Source: Octopus bimaculoides (Eukaryota). From it: DNA of 44,432 bases. The stretch is from NCBI RefSeq assembly GCF_001194135.2, contig NC_068989.1, forward strand, positions 17,563,127-17,607,558, written 5' to 3'. The notes beneath the pieces are model-generated. The model saw nothing but the letters and a program-made list of their open reading frames with translations. It made no database searches and had not been told where the DNA came from. The position numbers were made by a program, and so were the translations under genes. How positions within the stretch are numbered: the first letter of the stretch is position 1; each line of letters opens with the position of its first letter. Below, in pieces: positions 1-13,329 of this stretch.

Positions 1-3
1 AAC

Positions 4-34
<31 letters not shown>

Positions 35-130
35 GCACACACGCACACACGTACGCACGCATACACACACGCACGCACGAACATGACACTTTATGTCTCT
101 CTATCTATCACTCTCTCTCTCACACACACA
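1..130. repeat. (CA)n/(CACG)n/(TC)n microsatellite; equivalent of the tract at 33446-33485
   Basis: Read directly. Many further (TA)n, (CA)n, (GA)n and (TATG)n tracts occur, e.g. 4916-4990, 9200-9283, 16778-16865, 19855-19925, 36305-36388, 36794-36910, 41690-41800. Confidence 0.95.
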
Positions 131-299
131 AACAAACATTTGTCAGTTCGCTTAGGCTAGCAGATTTATAGGTTTTCTATATATGTATTAATAAACGTCG
201 TAATTATTGAAAATATCATATATAATCATCTATATCCTTACATATGTAGCGAATTCTAGTGAGCTTCCTCTCTTATATTAAGTACATACGAACGTAGCA

Positions 300-3000
300 G
301 GTAACAGCTAGCCTTTGGGCGTTGTTTTGGATCCGGTTGTCTCTACCACTCCCATTGGTTGATATTGGCGCAATTTGTCTCATACTCTATCGCGCGCCAA
401 TATGCAACCCAAACAACTACAATCTGCAAATAAGTCATGTGAGACAGTCTGTTCCAAACAAGCATGTGAGCCACTCCGTCAGCTATAAAAGCTTACCTCT
501 TCCTAGGCTCGGCGCCAGTTGGTTCCAGATTTGGTTGTTGCAATCATTCTGTTCTAGAGCGACTTGGAAACCGCAAGGTTTGGTTTTGAATTTGTTGCCT
601 GCTCGCAGGATTTGTTTATTTTATTTGCTGTGGTTTCCCGCAAGGGAAACGTTGTTGAACATTGTGTATTGCAAAAAAGAAACAAAAAAAAAACACTGTG
701 AAACTGTTATCCTCCCCTAAGGGGGAAGGATTTGTGAACTTTTTGAATAGCGTTTTCTGTGTTTTGAACTATGTTCCTGTCTCGGAACATTTTGAAACAT
801 TTGTTGTAATATATATATATATATAATGTCTTCGATTGAAGAAAAAACTTTGCCTCCGTTGTAGGCGGACTTTAAATTATATCCTTGAAAAAGGAAGACA
901 TACAATCATTCTTCGGAATTATTACGAAGGAAATCGGGGAGAGTAAAATTGTTCCTCCAAACGAAGTAATAAAAAAGACCAAAGAAAGGACAATTATCTA
1001 CAAAACTTACGACGTTATTAACAAGAAATTAGAACAATTTGAGTAAAGCACAATCGAAAAATGCCTCGGATCAGTGATGAAACAAATCAAATATGTGGCC
1101 CGGGGTACTAGGTTCGCTACAATAGAAGTAAGGTTCGAGTCAGTAGAGAAGGCTCGAGACTTTTCGACTCGAACCTTGCAAAATGAACATATGGCTCTTC
1201 TGCCATTATATCTGGGACGTAGAACGTCCGGATAAGAATAAAAAAATATTCCACCAGAGGTGGAGGTCGCGTGGTTTGTGGCCACTCTCTTATTTGAGAG
1301 AGAGAGGAAAAAAGATATACATCATCCAGATATCCAGAGACGCACCACAGAATTGGAGGGGACAGACTCTGGAAATTCTGGCACAGGCCACGCCCACCGA
1401 CATCGAAACCTCTCCGAGAAAATACACATTAGAGAGGAAACTGTGCTGGCAGTAAATGTGGAGGGGAGAAGACCCAGGTGTTTCAAGTGTAGAAAAAAGG
1501 GACACCTGAGGTCTATGTTCTCGCCTCCATAGAAAGAAGCTGAGGAGGAAAAACCTCAGAATAGGAGGAAAATAAAGAGGCGGCGCCCCCGGCCAAGGAA
1601 GCTGTTACCCAGAGGGCGACCGCCAACAGCGAAAAAGGAAGAAAAGAAACAAAGGGGTCTGTAGAGGCCATAGGGATACCGTCTGAAGAAAGTGTCTCGC
1701 AAAAGATTAACAAAAACAGATGGAGTCGCAAACCAAGGCACAAGAGGCGGCTCCAAAAATAAAATTAGCGGACAAAAAAATGTACTTAATGAAATGGAAA
1801 AAAACGAAAACAAAAAAGAAAAGAAATATAGATTACAAGAAATAGACATTCAAGGAAAGCAAGATACTGTTATGGTGATATATAAAAACACGAGTAAATA
1901 CCTGGAAGGGGTGATTATATAACGACGATGAAAAGAACTCAAATTCCATCGGAAGAATCTCACCAAAATTATACACTGAACTTAAAGGGAGACATTCAAG
2001 AGAGATTATGGAGCTAAAAGGGATACCCAAATTATTTAACCCGCCGGCTGAACCTAGCTTGGAAGAAAGGAAGGAGTAGGCGGAACAGATCCCAGTGATA
2101 CTGAGATCAACCCCCCTCGAAAATGAAAAGGGCAGTTAGGCCCAATTTTCCTGTCTAAATGTGCATGGCCTGAGTTCGAAGTGGAAGCAAGCGTGTTTCT
2201 TCGACGACCTCAGATCACATAGAATAGATGTAATGGTTGCTACAGAGACCAAGTTGGACAAACTTCAGGCTTTCTCGACTCTCGTGAATGGCTATGAGAA
2301 AATCATGTCTCCTAGTCAGACAGGAGGGAAGGGTGGCGTTGTAGTGTTGCTACGAAAAATCTTGGCTCTGCAGATATGTACGATGTATGTGAACCCAGAA
2401 GTTTCTTGTGACGTCAAAGACCCTAGTCATATTAGGAGACTTTAACACTATTCTGGATGCACGCCAGGATAGCGTGGGCTCGAACAATAGGAAGAGTAAC
2501 TCACGCCACGTCGATCTGCTGAAGCGATATAAGCTGGAAGATCGATACAAACTTGATAATCCGAGCGTTCCAATCAATGTGGACTTAGAGTAACACGACG
2601 GATCCATCAGGTCTTATACAGATAGGATTATAGTTAATTCTACAGATAAGGCTAGTTTTAGTTATCCACAACTTACCTACGTATCCTAAACGGATCACAA
2701 ATAAGTGACATGTAAGATGCATATAGATAAAGTACGTAGACAGGGTTCCGGCTACTGGAAGTCGAACAAGTCCCTTTTGGCTTGCGAAACTTACTGTAGT
2801 CAGATTAAGGAGTTAGTCATGAGGGCATTAACTGGCACTGTGTTAAATAACCGGTAGTGATGTTCCCTCAAACGAACCATTCGATTTGAGTCTATTACGT
2901 TTAGCAAACAGTTAAGTCTAGAAAAGGCTAGAGCAGAAGGGAAACTAGTTAAGGCATTAGAAGAGGCGCTGAGAGTGGGAAGTAGTAATTGAAGTAGATG
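300..3000 (+). mobile_element. Degenerate Tx1/L1-clade non-LTR retrotransposon (ORF1 with zinc knuckle; ORF2 APE endonuclease), 3'-truncated, in gene A intron 3
   Basis: ORF1 remnants FASVVGG and RPRCFKCRKKGHL; ORF2 remnants LNVHGL..IDVMVATETK, LVILGDFN, DHK, GYWKxNxSLL; many stops and frameshifts. Boundaries approximate; absent at the equivalent site of gene B. Confidence 0.8.
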
Positions 3001-3298
3001 GTGAATATGCTCCGGAATAATCGCCTAAAGATGTTTTTGTTACGAGCTGTTATTATTTTTGTTGAATAAAATTAGTTGAAAAAAGGCCACGATAATTATA
3101 CACCAACCCAATAACTACAATATCTTTTAGATCAGAAGTTGATAAATCTCAGGATCCAATTGTCTTCCAGGCATTTTTCTGTACATTAGTAATCTACTTC
3201 CAGTCAGTTAATGCAACACATAATCAGTGAGTAGCTTCATAAGTATGTGTGTGTGTCTGTTTTTTAATACAAATGTATATACATACATGCATACATAC

Positions 3299-3337
<39 letters not shown>

Positions 3338-3677
3338 NNNNNNNNNNNNNNNNNNNNNNNNNNNNNNNNNNNNNNNNNNNNNNNNNNNNNNNNNNNNNNN
3401 NNNNNNNNNNNNNNNNNNNNNNNNNNNNNNNNNNNNNNNNNNNNNNNNNNNNNNNNNNNNNNNNNNNNNNNNNNNNNNNNNNNNNNNNNNNNNNNNNNNN
3501 NNNNNNNNNNNNNNNNNNNNNNNNNNNNNNNNNNNNNNNNNNNNNNNNNNNNNNNNNNNNNNNNNNNNNNNNNNNNNNNNNNNNNNNNNNNNNNNNNNNN
3601 NNNNNNNNNNNNNNNNNNNNNNNNNNNNNNNNNNNNNNNNNNNNNNNNNNNNNNNNNNNNNNNNNNNNNNNNNNATT

Positions 3678-3900
3678 CAGACAAATACATAACAAAAACA
3701 CCAGGACTTACAAATATATATAACATACAGAAAATTGCACTACTGGGTACTGCACACATTCTACGCAAAACACTTTCAATACAGTAAACATAAGAGCACC
3801 ACAGCAAACCACAGCACATACCCAAGGCGCACAGAGCTGCGCTCGGTAGTGAAGTGAAAGCACGTTATAAAAATAAAACTACTGAATAATAATAATAATA
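3678..3900 (+). mobile_element. 3' end of an R4/Dong-like (restriction-like endonuclease) non-LTR retroelement
   Basis: ...IYNIQKIALLGTAHILRKTLSIQ* followed by a short UTR and an (AAT)n tail. Confidence 0.65.
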
Positions 3901-4332
3901 AAGAACACTTGATAGCAATAAGTATTAAAATCAGTAAAAATCGAATAAAACCTAGTTAAAGTGGTTAGACTGATTAGTATATATTGTTGACTGATTGGTA
4001 TATATTAGTTGGCACGCTATTCAATACGTAATGAATACTTTATTCACAAGCATATATTAGAAAATCTAAGATAAATTGAATGTAGTCATCCAATAATTCA
4101 TAACGCCTTCCTTGGAAATTAAATAAATGTAAATACATCCTGCCATGTTTTGTAACTCAGGAAAATATTATTCTGGCATATTTCGTGGCAGGATTTAAAT
4201 TGAGGTTGCTATCCAGTTATCTTCATAAGAAGACAGAGGGGAAAACATCCTCTTGTCAAGTAGCAATGAAACTAAAACAATCTTAAGAAATTATATTCTA
4301 AGAAACATTCCTTTCCAAAACCAAACACTTAC

Positions 4333-4415
4333 CTGAAAGGGCTGTGTAACCAGGTACGTGATCGGATTACGTGTGAAACCGATAAATGTCTTATTCAAAT
4401 CAATGACATTATCAC
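4333..4415 (-). CDS. Gene A exon 3: C2/MNNL middle; the gene continues beyond the left edge of the window
   Basis: 83 nt, phase 1->0, (G)DNVIDLNKTFIGFTRNPITYLVTQPFQ. Intron-3 sequence at about 150-245 matches about 33498-33595, so exon 4 should lie just left of position 1. Confidence 0.85.
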
Positions 4416-4916
4416 CTAAAATTAATTTGAAAAAAATTAAACAGAAATTATATTGTGATACGAGAGTGAAAATTTACAGACATACACACACAAGTACACA
4501 GATGATACAAACATTCAATTCTCCCTAACCTCCAGTATAAAGATGTTATATACACATAACGTAGATATATTATCAGGCCAGATTGTCTGCACTGGCTCCA
4601 TGTATACTGTCTGCACAAACTCCAGACTACACTGGGGTAGAATAGAACAAACCACCTAAATTCATGTTAGAGTACCCGTATAAATGGAGTATAGTCTGGC
4701 TAGCTTGTTCTGGCATTGAGTCGTATAATATGAAATAGTGAAATTAAAGCAAGTAATGATACTTTCAAAGCATTTAATACGCACGTTTCAGGTTGTGGCG
4801 CAATAAATAAAACGGAAAATCGTCTCTTACGTAAGATGTTCCTCAGTTAAGACATTTCAAAATATGAACTTATGGTCGATGTAATATATACATACATTCA
4901 TATATACATACATGGA

Positions 4917-4986
<70 letters not shown>

Positions 4987-5019
4987 GAGAAAGAACGAAG
5001 GAGAAACATATATATACAC

Positions 5020-5760
5020 GAGTACTTTGGTACTTATATACTTATATAGTAAATATGCATAAAATACATAAAATTATAAGTGAGAAAACTCTATGGTGTC
5101 TGTTATAATAGTCTATAATAATAATATATCAAAATTACAAAAAGGATATGAAAGGATGGAAAAATATAATGCAGATATAAATATGAGATATAAATCGATA
5201 CAATGAAGGAAGAAACTATATCTATATTCCTATATTCCTATATATATATCCCTATATATATATATCTATATTCATAGGTGTTATAACGAAAGGTAGAAAA
5301 GCAAAATGACCAATCAATCAGGAATCGGTGGAATCTTTCAATTTTTTAAAATAAATTTAAACATGTGTTTACATTCAATAAAAATCTCTGACCTCGAGTT
5401 CAATATCGATTTCGGAATCTCGGATCTAAATAAAATCTGCGCCCTTTCTGCCAAAGAAAGCGTATATCTATTAGATTCATTCATGTATGGTTTAGACTGT
5501 TGTATTATTCTGTATTTGATCACATATGGTACATTTCTCTCTTTCATGGCCCAAAAGTGGCTCACGAAGTTTGTAGTTTTGCTTTTCTCATTGTGGCGGA
5601 ATGATGCCATGCAGTTGGCGTAGCGTTTTTAAAAATTCCTTCACATAATCCGATGTATCTTCTTTTACTGGCTGTGACACAACAGATAAAAAACATACAT
5701 CGGATTATGTGAAGGCATTTTTAGAAAACGCAACGCCAACCACATAGCATCATTCTACTC
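5020..5760 (-). mobile_element. Penelope-like element remnant (GIY-YIG endonuclease C-terminus) with 5' inverted segment, copy A
   Basis: Minus strand reads YIGLCEGIF(fs)RYAN.MASFRHNEKSKTT..SHFWAMKE..YVIKYRII..SKPY..RYTLSLAERAQIL..ILNSRSEIFIECKHMFKFILKN*, the typical PLE GIY-YIG tail. Confidence 0.75.
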
Positions 5761-6716
5761 CCTTAGTAACCTGAACATTAATCCACCCCTACTCTTCTTG
5801 ATAATCCCATGCCTCGCCCCTAATACACTTAGCTTTCCACATCATTTCATCTTTGAACTTCTCTGCATTAAGATAAAAAATCTAAGATTTTCTCTAACCT
5901 GAGGACGGAGTCTCATCTCATACTATGGTAAATGCATCCATACGGTCACATATTGTGATGAAGTAAATCTACCAACATTATTATAGATCGCCCAGTCCCC
6001 AGAAACAGCTGTTGGACTTATAATACCATCCTTCCACCCCTTTAATTCCCTCTGTCCTTTGTACTCTGTGTAAGTGGGATCTATTAATGGAAATATATAT
6101 ATATANNNNNNNNNNNNNNNNNNNNNNNNNNNNNNNNNNNNNNNNNNNNNNNNNNNNNNNNNNNNNNNNNNNNNNNNNNNNNNNNNNNNNNNNNNNNNNN
6201 NNNNNNNNNNNNNNNNNNNNNNNNNNNNNNNNNNNNNNNNNNNNNNNNNNNNNNNNNNNNNNNNNNNNNNNNNNNNNNNNNNNNNNNNNNNNNNNNNNNN
6301 NNNNNNNNNNNNNNNNNNNNNNNNNNNNNNNNNNNNNNNNNNNNNNNNNNNNNNNNNNNNNNNNNNNNNNNNNNNNNNNNNNNNNNNNNNNNNNNNNNNN
6401 NNNNNNNNNNNNNNNNNNNNNNNNNNNNNNNNNNNNNNNNNNNNNNNNNNNNNNNNNNNNNNNNNNNNNNNNNNNNNNNNNNNNNNNNNNNNNNNNNNNN
6501 NNNNNNNNNNNNNNNNNNNNNNNNNNNNNNNNNNNNNNNNNNNNNNNNNNNNNNNNNNNNNNNNNNNNNNNNNNNNNNNNNNNNNNNNNNNNNNNNNNNN
6601 NNNNNNNNNNNNNNNNNNNNNNNNNNNNNNNNNNNNNNNNNNNNNNNNNNNNNNNNNNNNNNNNNNNNNNNNNNNNNNNNNNNNNNNNNNNNNNNNNNNN
6701 NNNNNNNNNNNNNNNN

Positions 6717-6783
<67 letters not shown>

Positions 6784-6937
6784 CATATATGCATATTTTG
6801 TATTTGATGTATCTAATTTGTCTATTGGAATAATTGCTTCTATGCCTGCTCAACCTGATTCCTCTTATTGCTTTTCTTTATCTTGTGGAATTATGAATAT
6901 ACGTTCGTTTTATGTTTATGAATAAACGTGTACTTAC

Positions 6938-7127
6938 CGATAACTCCTGTTTTAGTGTTACCATAACTACACAATGTTGAGCTATCACCAGGTCTAGCAC
7001 AAACTTCAAGAGTTGTTTGACATTGTTGACTTCCGAAATTGGAGCATGTGCGCCCATTTGCAAGTAAACGGTTGTAATTTTCAAACTTGATCAACTTCAC
7101 ATCGATTACATAGTCTGCTACAATTGG
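6938..7127 (-). CDS. Gene A exon 2: C2/MNNL domain N-terminal half
   Basis: 190 nt with the same splice sites as gene B exon 2. PIVADYVIDVKLIKFENYNRLLANGRTCSNFGSQQCQTTLEVCARPGDSSTLCSYGNTKTGVI(G). 18 nt differences from gene B by my count. Confidence 0.9.
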
Positions 7128-7539
7128 CTGTAAAAGATCAAGAAGAGCACATGAAATGTGTTTCTATAGTAGTTACGATTTTTATTTTTGACTTTTCTTC
7201 GTTACATGTAATATGTCTATGGGCAGATAAAAAAGACAATCAGTTTCAATGTTTTACTGATATTTCGTTTGAAATTGAATATCTTCTTTATTTGTTCACG
7301 GAGACATTGCTAATAAGCTCGATTTTATTCGAGCCTTAAATACACTTAAATAGACCGATTTATAGATGTAATGTATACTTGACAGCTAATTCGATTACTA
7401 AATTGCCAATGCGTTGTTTGTGCTTGTTTTTCGTTGCACTGCACGTTAAAAAAGATTTAAAAAAATAAAATAAATAAATAAATAAAAATCTATAGAATTT
7501 TAGCCAACAATACACATAGGTATACACCTCTCTATTCTT

Positions 7540-7760
7540 TTACTTGTTTGGATTGCAGCTATGCTGTGGCATCACTTTGAGGTTAATCATACTTTATTCA
7601 ATCAAATCGCCCCTAGTATTTTTTAAAGTCTGGCACCTATTCTATTCCACTCACTTTACCAAACCGTTAATTTACGAAACATAAATAATCACCACTAATT
7701 CTAAGTCATGAGAGTCGAAGACAAACACAACGTCATGCATTCACGGCAGCCTTATACACA
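7540..7760 (-). mobile_element. Degenerate SINE 3' part, shared with about 40250-40424; related fragment at about 20020-20160
   Basis: Resembles a common octopus SINE body (from memory); same intron-1 position in both paralogues. Confidence 0.5.
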
Positions 7761-7769
7761 ATTTCTGTC

Positions 7770-9000
7770 CATCAAATTCACTTAAGGTTTTGGTCGATCC
7801 GCAACTATCATCACATCCAAAAAGTGTGGCTGGTCCTACACAAGCCTTCAACACTCAAATCAAATCATATGTGGGGGTTTTCCGACAACTTACATTTATT
7901 CACCCAATACGGCATAGCTTCAACTTGAAAAAAAATCAAAACGTCCTCTGGCGAGAGAGTGAAAGTGGTAGGAATAGGTAAAGGATATTAATGGAAGTCT
8001 CTTGCTGGATCTCAACACAGTCGACGACCATTGGGTGATGGCCGTTTCAGCACAGAATTTGCGAATAACTGTGCTGTCCGTGTCCTCCAGTGATGACAAA
8101 GCAGGCTTATTTAGACACAGCACTGCTTTCCTCAACAGGAAGAAGGGCGAGAAAAAGAGCCTCAGACACTGCTAACTGTCTGGTTATTCAGTAACGCTGT
8201 CGAAACACGAAGAAATCTAAGAATATTAACTTTGGCTCTTGGAGTGTGCGCACTCTCCAAGACAGTCACTCAGCACTAGAACGAAAAACAGCACTGGTTG
8301 ATCTTGAACTAAAGAAATACAACATTGACACAGCTGCACTCAGTGAAACTCGTGCAAGGGTCATTACAGTTAGAAGAAAATAAAGGTGGATACATATTTT
8401 TATGGTGTTGATTTTGCCATCAAAACAGAAATAGGTAGATTAATTCTTTCATCGCATCATGCCACTAACGTTAGAATTTGATCACAACACTCGTACTACG
8501 CTTGTCAGCTGCTATGCCCCAACCATGGCCAGCACTGAGGAGGAAAAGGAGGAATTTTACAACCAACTCTGTGATGTCGTCTCCAGTTGTGACAATAAGG
8601 ATAAACTTATCCTTATGGGTGATTTTAACGCTCGTGTTGTTACTGTCTATCAGACAGCGGGCTGCATGTGCTTTCCATCTGCAGGGAATTCAGTCTAAGC
8701 ATCACAAATACCTTTTTTCAACCGTGAAATTATTACAAAACGAACTGGATGCATCCTAGATCTAAGGATTGGTATCTCATAGACTATGTTATCACTAAGA
8801 AACGAGATGTTTGGGACTTTAACATTACAGGTTCCTTTCATAACACCTGCTATCTCTCTGACCATTCTCTTCTCCGTAGTAAGGCTACGTTTCATCTTAA
8901 ACACACAAGACTACAAAAGTCATCAGTGCCTAAGCGCATTGATGTTCTGCTTTTGAAAACTGTTGAAATGCAGGCTGAGCTCTCTTTCAAGTTAGGCACT
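7770..9000 (+). mobile_element. RTE-clade LINE 5' fragment (5' UTR and APE endonuclease), degenerate
   Basis: WSVRTLQD..LERKTALVDLELKKYNIDTAALSETR; SCYAPTMAST..KEEFY..LILMGDFNARV; HPRSKDWYLIDYVI..SDHSLL. Confidence 0.85.
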
Positions 9001-9019
9001 GCACTCAACACTTTAAAGT

Positions 9020-9155
9020 GGGGGCTTTAAGAAGGGCATCCAGCCACAAAAGATCATGCCAGATCAGACGGGTGCCCCTGGCTCGTTGGTTCCTGTCAAA
9101 GCGTCCAACCAATGCCAGCGTGGAAAACGGACGTTAAATGATAATGATGATGATA
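9020..9155 (+). mobile_element. 3' tail of a SINE or LINE-linked repeat ending in (GAT)n
   Basis: AAGGGCATCCAGCC...CCATGCCAGC-like tail, then GGAAAACGGACGTTAAATGATAATGATGATGAT; family recognised from memory of octopus repeats only. Confidence 0.5.
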
Positions 9156-9190
9156 TGTATATATATACATACACACATTATGTATATATT

Positions 9191-9285
<95 letters not shown>

Positions 9286-10067
9286 CAACTTTCTGAAATA
9301 TGGATAATTCGTTATGAAAATTTTCTACATATACGTCTCAGATGGTTTAGATTACGGTTATATCGGAAATTGTTGTGTAAAGTATTTTTTGCTCTCTCTT
9401 TTAAATAAACTCAAAGGTCACCTGTCCTTAACGTGGTTGTTTAGTATGCTAGAAATAGCAGTTATTAGGCATAAAAAAACTGCCACTATTCTGATCTAAT
9501 ACGCCGCAAAGGGCAAAAAATCTTTTCAGTATACTAGGAGCCGAGATTAGTTGATAGGATATGAAAATTAAAAAAATGAAGGAGAAAATGTAACTCCGAG
9601 GTGAGAGAAGAATTTCGAGGGCCCATCCCACTCCGATTTCGGTAGTAAAAAGTCTTTGTAGTATATTAGATAAGATTTGTTGATAGCACAAGAAACAAGA
9701 AAAACGAGGAAAAACGTTATTTCTCACTGAAATCGAGTTAGATGTTGTTAAACTATAAATTTAAACTACATCTAAACAGCGCCGTTTAAAAATATTCTGG
9801 AAAAATCGGAAAGAAATATAACAAAATTCCAAAGAAACTTTTATTTGTTGCATGTTGTTACGATAATAGAGCTATACATAAAATGCAAATTAATAATTAT
9901 GAATTAGAATTTATCGGAAGCTGGTTATATACTTCCCGATTTTTTTCTTTCTACAAGCTCTGTTGTAAGACACAGTCCTGTCTGTGTGGCAGGAAATTTG
10001 TTCCTTGACTATATGTTTCTGGATTTAGCACCAGCGTGTGACAACAAATGTCTCCTACTATAGCCCC

Positions 10068-10102
<35 letters not shown>

Positions 10103-10509
10103 TGTCCAAAACCTGATTGAGTGCCATTGCAAAGAGATTTTTTCTCATTTGAACAAGTGACAAGAAATTTTATCTCACCTCACCCGTCTTTCACGAGCAC
10201 ACGTGTGGGCATGTATACAATTCCCCACAAAATAAAAATACGTATACATACAATCTTACACCTAAATACAAACACCTTAACCAAACCGCGATCAAAAATA
10301 ATTGAACTTTTAACCTTCAACCATTGTAGCCAAGATATTGAGCACTGATTTCTTTTACACATACACATCCATTTAGCCTTTTGCTTTTATCATTTAAAAT
10401 GTTTTTTGCTTTCTTTAATACATACATACATACATACATACATATTGAAATTAAGTTTTCCCAAAATTAAACATATGCAATCATAAGTATATATATTACA
10501 CACACAAAC

Positions 10510-10551
<42 letters not shown>

Positions 10552-10822
10552 NNNNNNNNNNNNNNNNNNNNNNNNNNNNNNNNNNNNNNNNNNNNNNNNN
10601 NNNNNNNNNNNNNNNNNNNNNNNNNNNTATATATATATAAATAATATATATATGCATACACACACACACACACACACACATGCATATATGGGTATAGGAC
10701 GTCACCGAACAGTAAACAACATGAAATACGAAAGCAAATGAGTTCAATACGCAAACAACGAGAAACAAATGGAAGATAAGACAAGTAACATAAAGACGTC
10801 CTGTACCCATATATAGACTGCG

Positions 10823-11113
10823 ATTAAAGGCCTGTGATATGCAGGACACTGACTGGGAGAACAATGCCTGTCATCGCCACAGATGGAGGAAGCAGGTTAA
10901 GGAGGGGATCGACACTTTTGAGAGAGCACGTATCCAGCGTGAAGAACTTAAGCGAGCTGCGCGAAAGTGCACGGCTTGTATAGTGAATGGGGAAAGCTTG
11001 GTCTGCAATGTTTGCAGTCGTGTATGCTTGTCAAGAGCAGGGCTCATTAGCCACCAACGGAGCCGAAAATGTAAAATATAAGTTAGTCATAGAGTGCACA
11101 ATGTTCCTGAAGG
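10823..11113 (+). mobile_element. RTE-clade LINE 3' end (C-terminal zinc finger)
   Basis: LKACDMQDTDWENNACHRHRWR...CNVCSRVCLSRAGLISHQRSRKCKI*; 149 nt shared with 44284-44432 with 3 mismatches. Confidence 0.85.
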
Positions 11114-11568
11114 NNNNNNNNNNNNNNNNNNNNNNNNNNNNNNNNNNNNNNNNNNNNNNNNNNNNNNNNNNNNNNNNNNNNNNNNNNNNNNNNNNNNNNN
11201 NNNNNNNNNNNNNNNNNNNNNNNNNNNNNNNNNNNNNNNNNNNNNNNNNNNNNNNNNNNNNNNNNNNNNNNNNNNNNNNNNNNNNNNNNNNNNNNNNNNN
11301 NNNNNNNNNNNNNNNNNNNNNNNNNNNNNNNNNNNNNNNNNNNNNNNNNNNNNNNNNNNNNNNNNNNNNNNNNNNNNNNNNNNNNNNNNNNNNNNNNNNN
11401 NNNNNNNNNNNNNNNNNNNNNNNNNNNNNNNNNNNNNNNNNNNNNNNNNNNNNNNNNNNNNNNNNNNNNNNNNNNNNNNNNNNNNNNNNNNNNNNNNNNN
11501 NNNNNNNNNNNNNNNNNNNNNNNNNNNNNNNNNNNNNNNNNNNNNNNNNNNNNNNNNNNNTATATATG

Positions 11569-11603
<35 letters not shown>

Positions 11604-12445
11604 GTATATATATTATTTATATTATTATTTGATTGAACGCCACGTATCCATTTCCAAGTATAAATATATGTAAGAGACACTGTATTGAAATAAAGGAAGT
11701 TTTCCCCAAATTAAACATATTTATAGAAACTAACGCACACAAAACTTACGCACACACATACACATACAATTCACCCACATACATGCTCACACGGACATAA
11801 ATATTTCACCCAAACATCCCCATAAACACTCTCAAACATTCACATACAAACATACTTATTGAGCCTTGCACTAAAGATACAATAAATTTCTTCAAATGGG
11901 TTTATCTGTTGATATCTTGTGTCCCTAAAGTGCAGGAAGTATGTTTTTACTTTTTTTTTCTTTGAAAACCATGTAGATCTTTTTTTTTTAAAGACTTCAG
12001 ATAGACTACGTCTATGAAACGTCGCAGTATAGAATGTGGACCTCTTGAGCGCGGCCCCCGCTTCGGTGCAGGGTCTGATTGGGAGCAATCGGTCCAATCG
12101 GCATAAGGCCAAACAGTTTGGGAACAAATATACCATATGTATCACCACATTCATTCAATCTTAATTCTAGGAGGGATTAAACACTAACATTATTAATTAG
12201 ATTACAAAAAAACAAAAAACAAAAAACAAAAACAACACATTTATCTTATGTACGAAAACTGTATAGGGAAATTAATAATTCTATAAGTAAACCCATAACT
12301 AACTCCAAAATTATCTAACTAAATAGCAAATCATCCTTTGGAGTCCATACACATGATATTCCCACCACTCTTCCATAGTTATTCATACAAATGCGAAAGC
12401 TTTTATATTCTAATCTTTCCAATATACATGCGTGTGTGTGTGTGT

Positions 12446-12489
<44 letters not shown>

Positions 12490-12568
12490 GTATATATATA
12501 TATGTGTAGGGCCAGCCACACATATATGTCTTTAAAAAAATTATACAGAATCTCTGTGGAATACTTAC

Positions 12569-12625
12569 AGAAATTATTGTAGCAAGAAAAGCGCAGAGCA
12601 GGAATCTACCGGTTGATTGAAGCAT
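12569..12625 (-). CDS. Gene A (paralogue) exon 1: signal peptide ([19 protein letters not shown])
   Basis: ATG at 12625, 57 nt, GTAAGT donor. One amino-acid difference from gene B exon 1. Confidence 0.85.
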
Positions 12626-12629
12626 GCTG

Positions 12630-13300
12630 ATTGCCTTATTAAGAATTGTCTTATGAGATTTTAGATATATATAAAGTATATATAAATATCACCAGTCCAC
12701 TCGCCCCTGTAGAGGTGACGCTAATCGACGTATTGAACAGCGACTCAAAATCTCACGGAGCTCCGGTGTGAAAATGAACTCACAGAATCCTCTGAATATG
12801 TCCGGTGAACAAGCAAGGCAATTCTGGGAGGCAACGCAAGAAGGCCCAGTCTTTATAGGATATGGTCAGTGGGAACAATAGCTGTATGGGTTTGAATGTC
12901 GCGCCAGAGAACCAATTAAAACATATCTCTATATATTTGTTTTTCTAATCGTACCAATCAGGCACGATATTGGTAAAAATAAGGAAAAGGAGGGGGTGGA
13001 GAGAAAAATGATATCACCACTAATAGAGGCGGTGACAACGACAACAACAATTACAAGAACACGGATGAAGGTGAAGAAAAGAAATGATTGAAAGGAAATT
13101 TTTCTGTTGTAAGGTCTGATAACAAAGTAATTTGAAAATGTATAGGAGTTTTATTGTTTTAATGTAAACAAAATGACCGTACGCTTATAGAGTAAATATA
13201 AAGACAAAAAGATAAATAGAAATCAGACAAACAATAATACAATATTTTATTTGTTGTTGTTGTTGTTGTTGTTGTTTTTGTTGTTGTTGTTGTTGTTGTT
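12630..13300 (-). promoter_or_regulatory. Putative proximal promoter / 5' region of gene A, conserved with gene B (about 41915-42560)
   Basis: Non-coding block alignable between the paralogues. TATTTATATATA on the minus strand about 50-55 nt upstream of each ATG (12677-12688; about 41961-41973). TATA call is weak in AT-rich DNA. Confidence 0.4.
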
Positions 13301-13329
13301 GCTGCTGAATAGTTAATTACGGAGAATTC

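Noticed and set aside
322-720. 132-aa + strand ORF
   Set aside because: No true ATG start or recognisable motif; probably the 5' region of the Tx1-like element.
5895-6025. Second hammerhead candidate (CTGAGGA/CTGATGA ... GAAACAGCTGTT; also 38415-38535)
   Set aside because: Palindromic GAAAC-AGCT-GTT half is present, but the core halves are about 100 nt apart and I could not form stem II or stem I.
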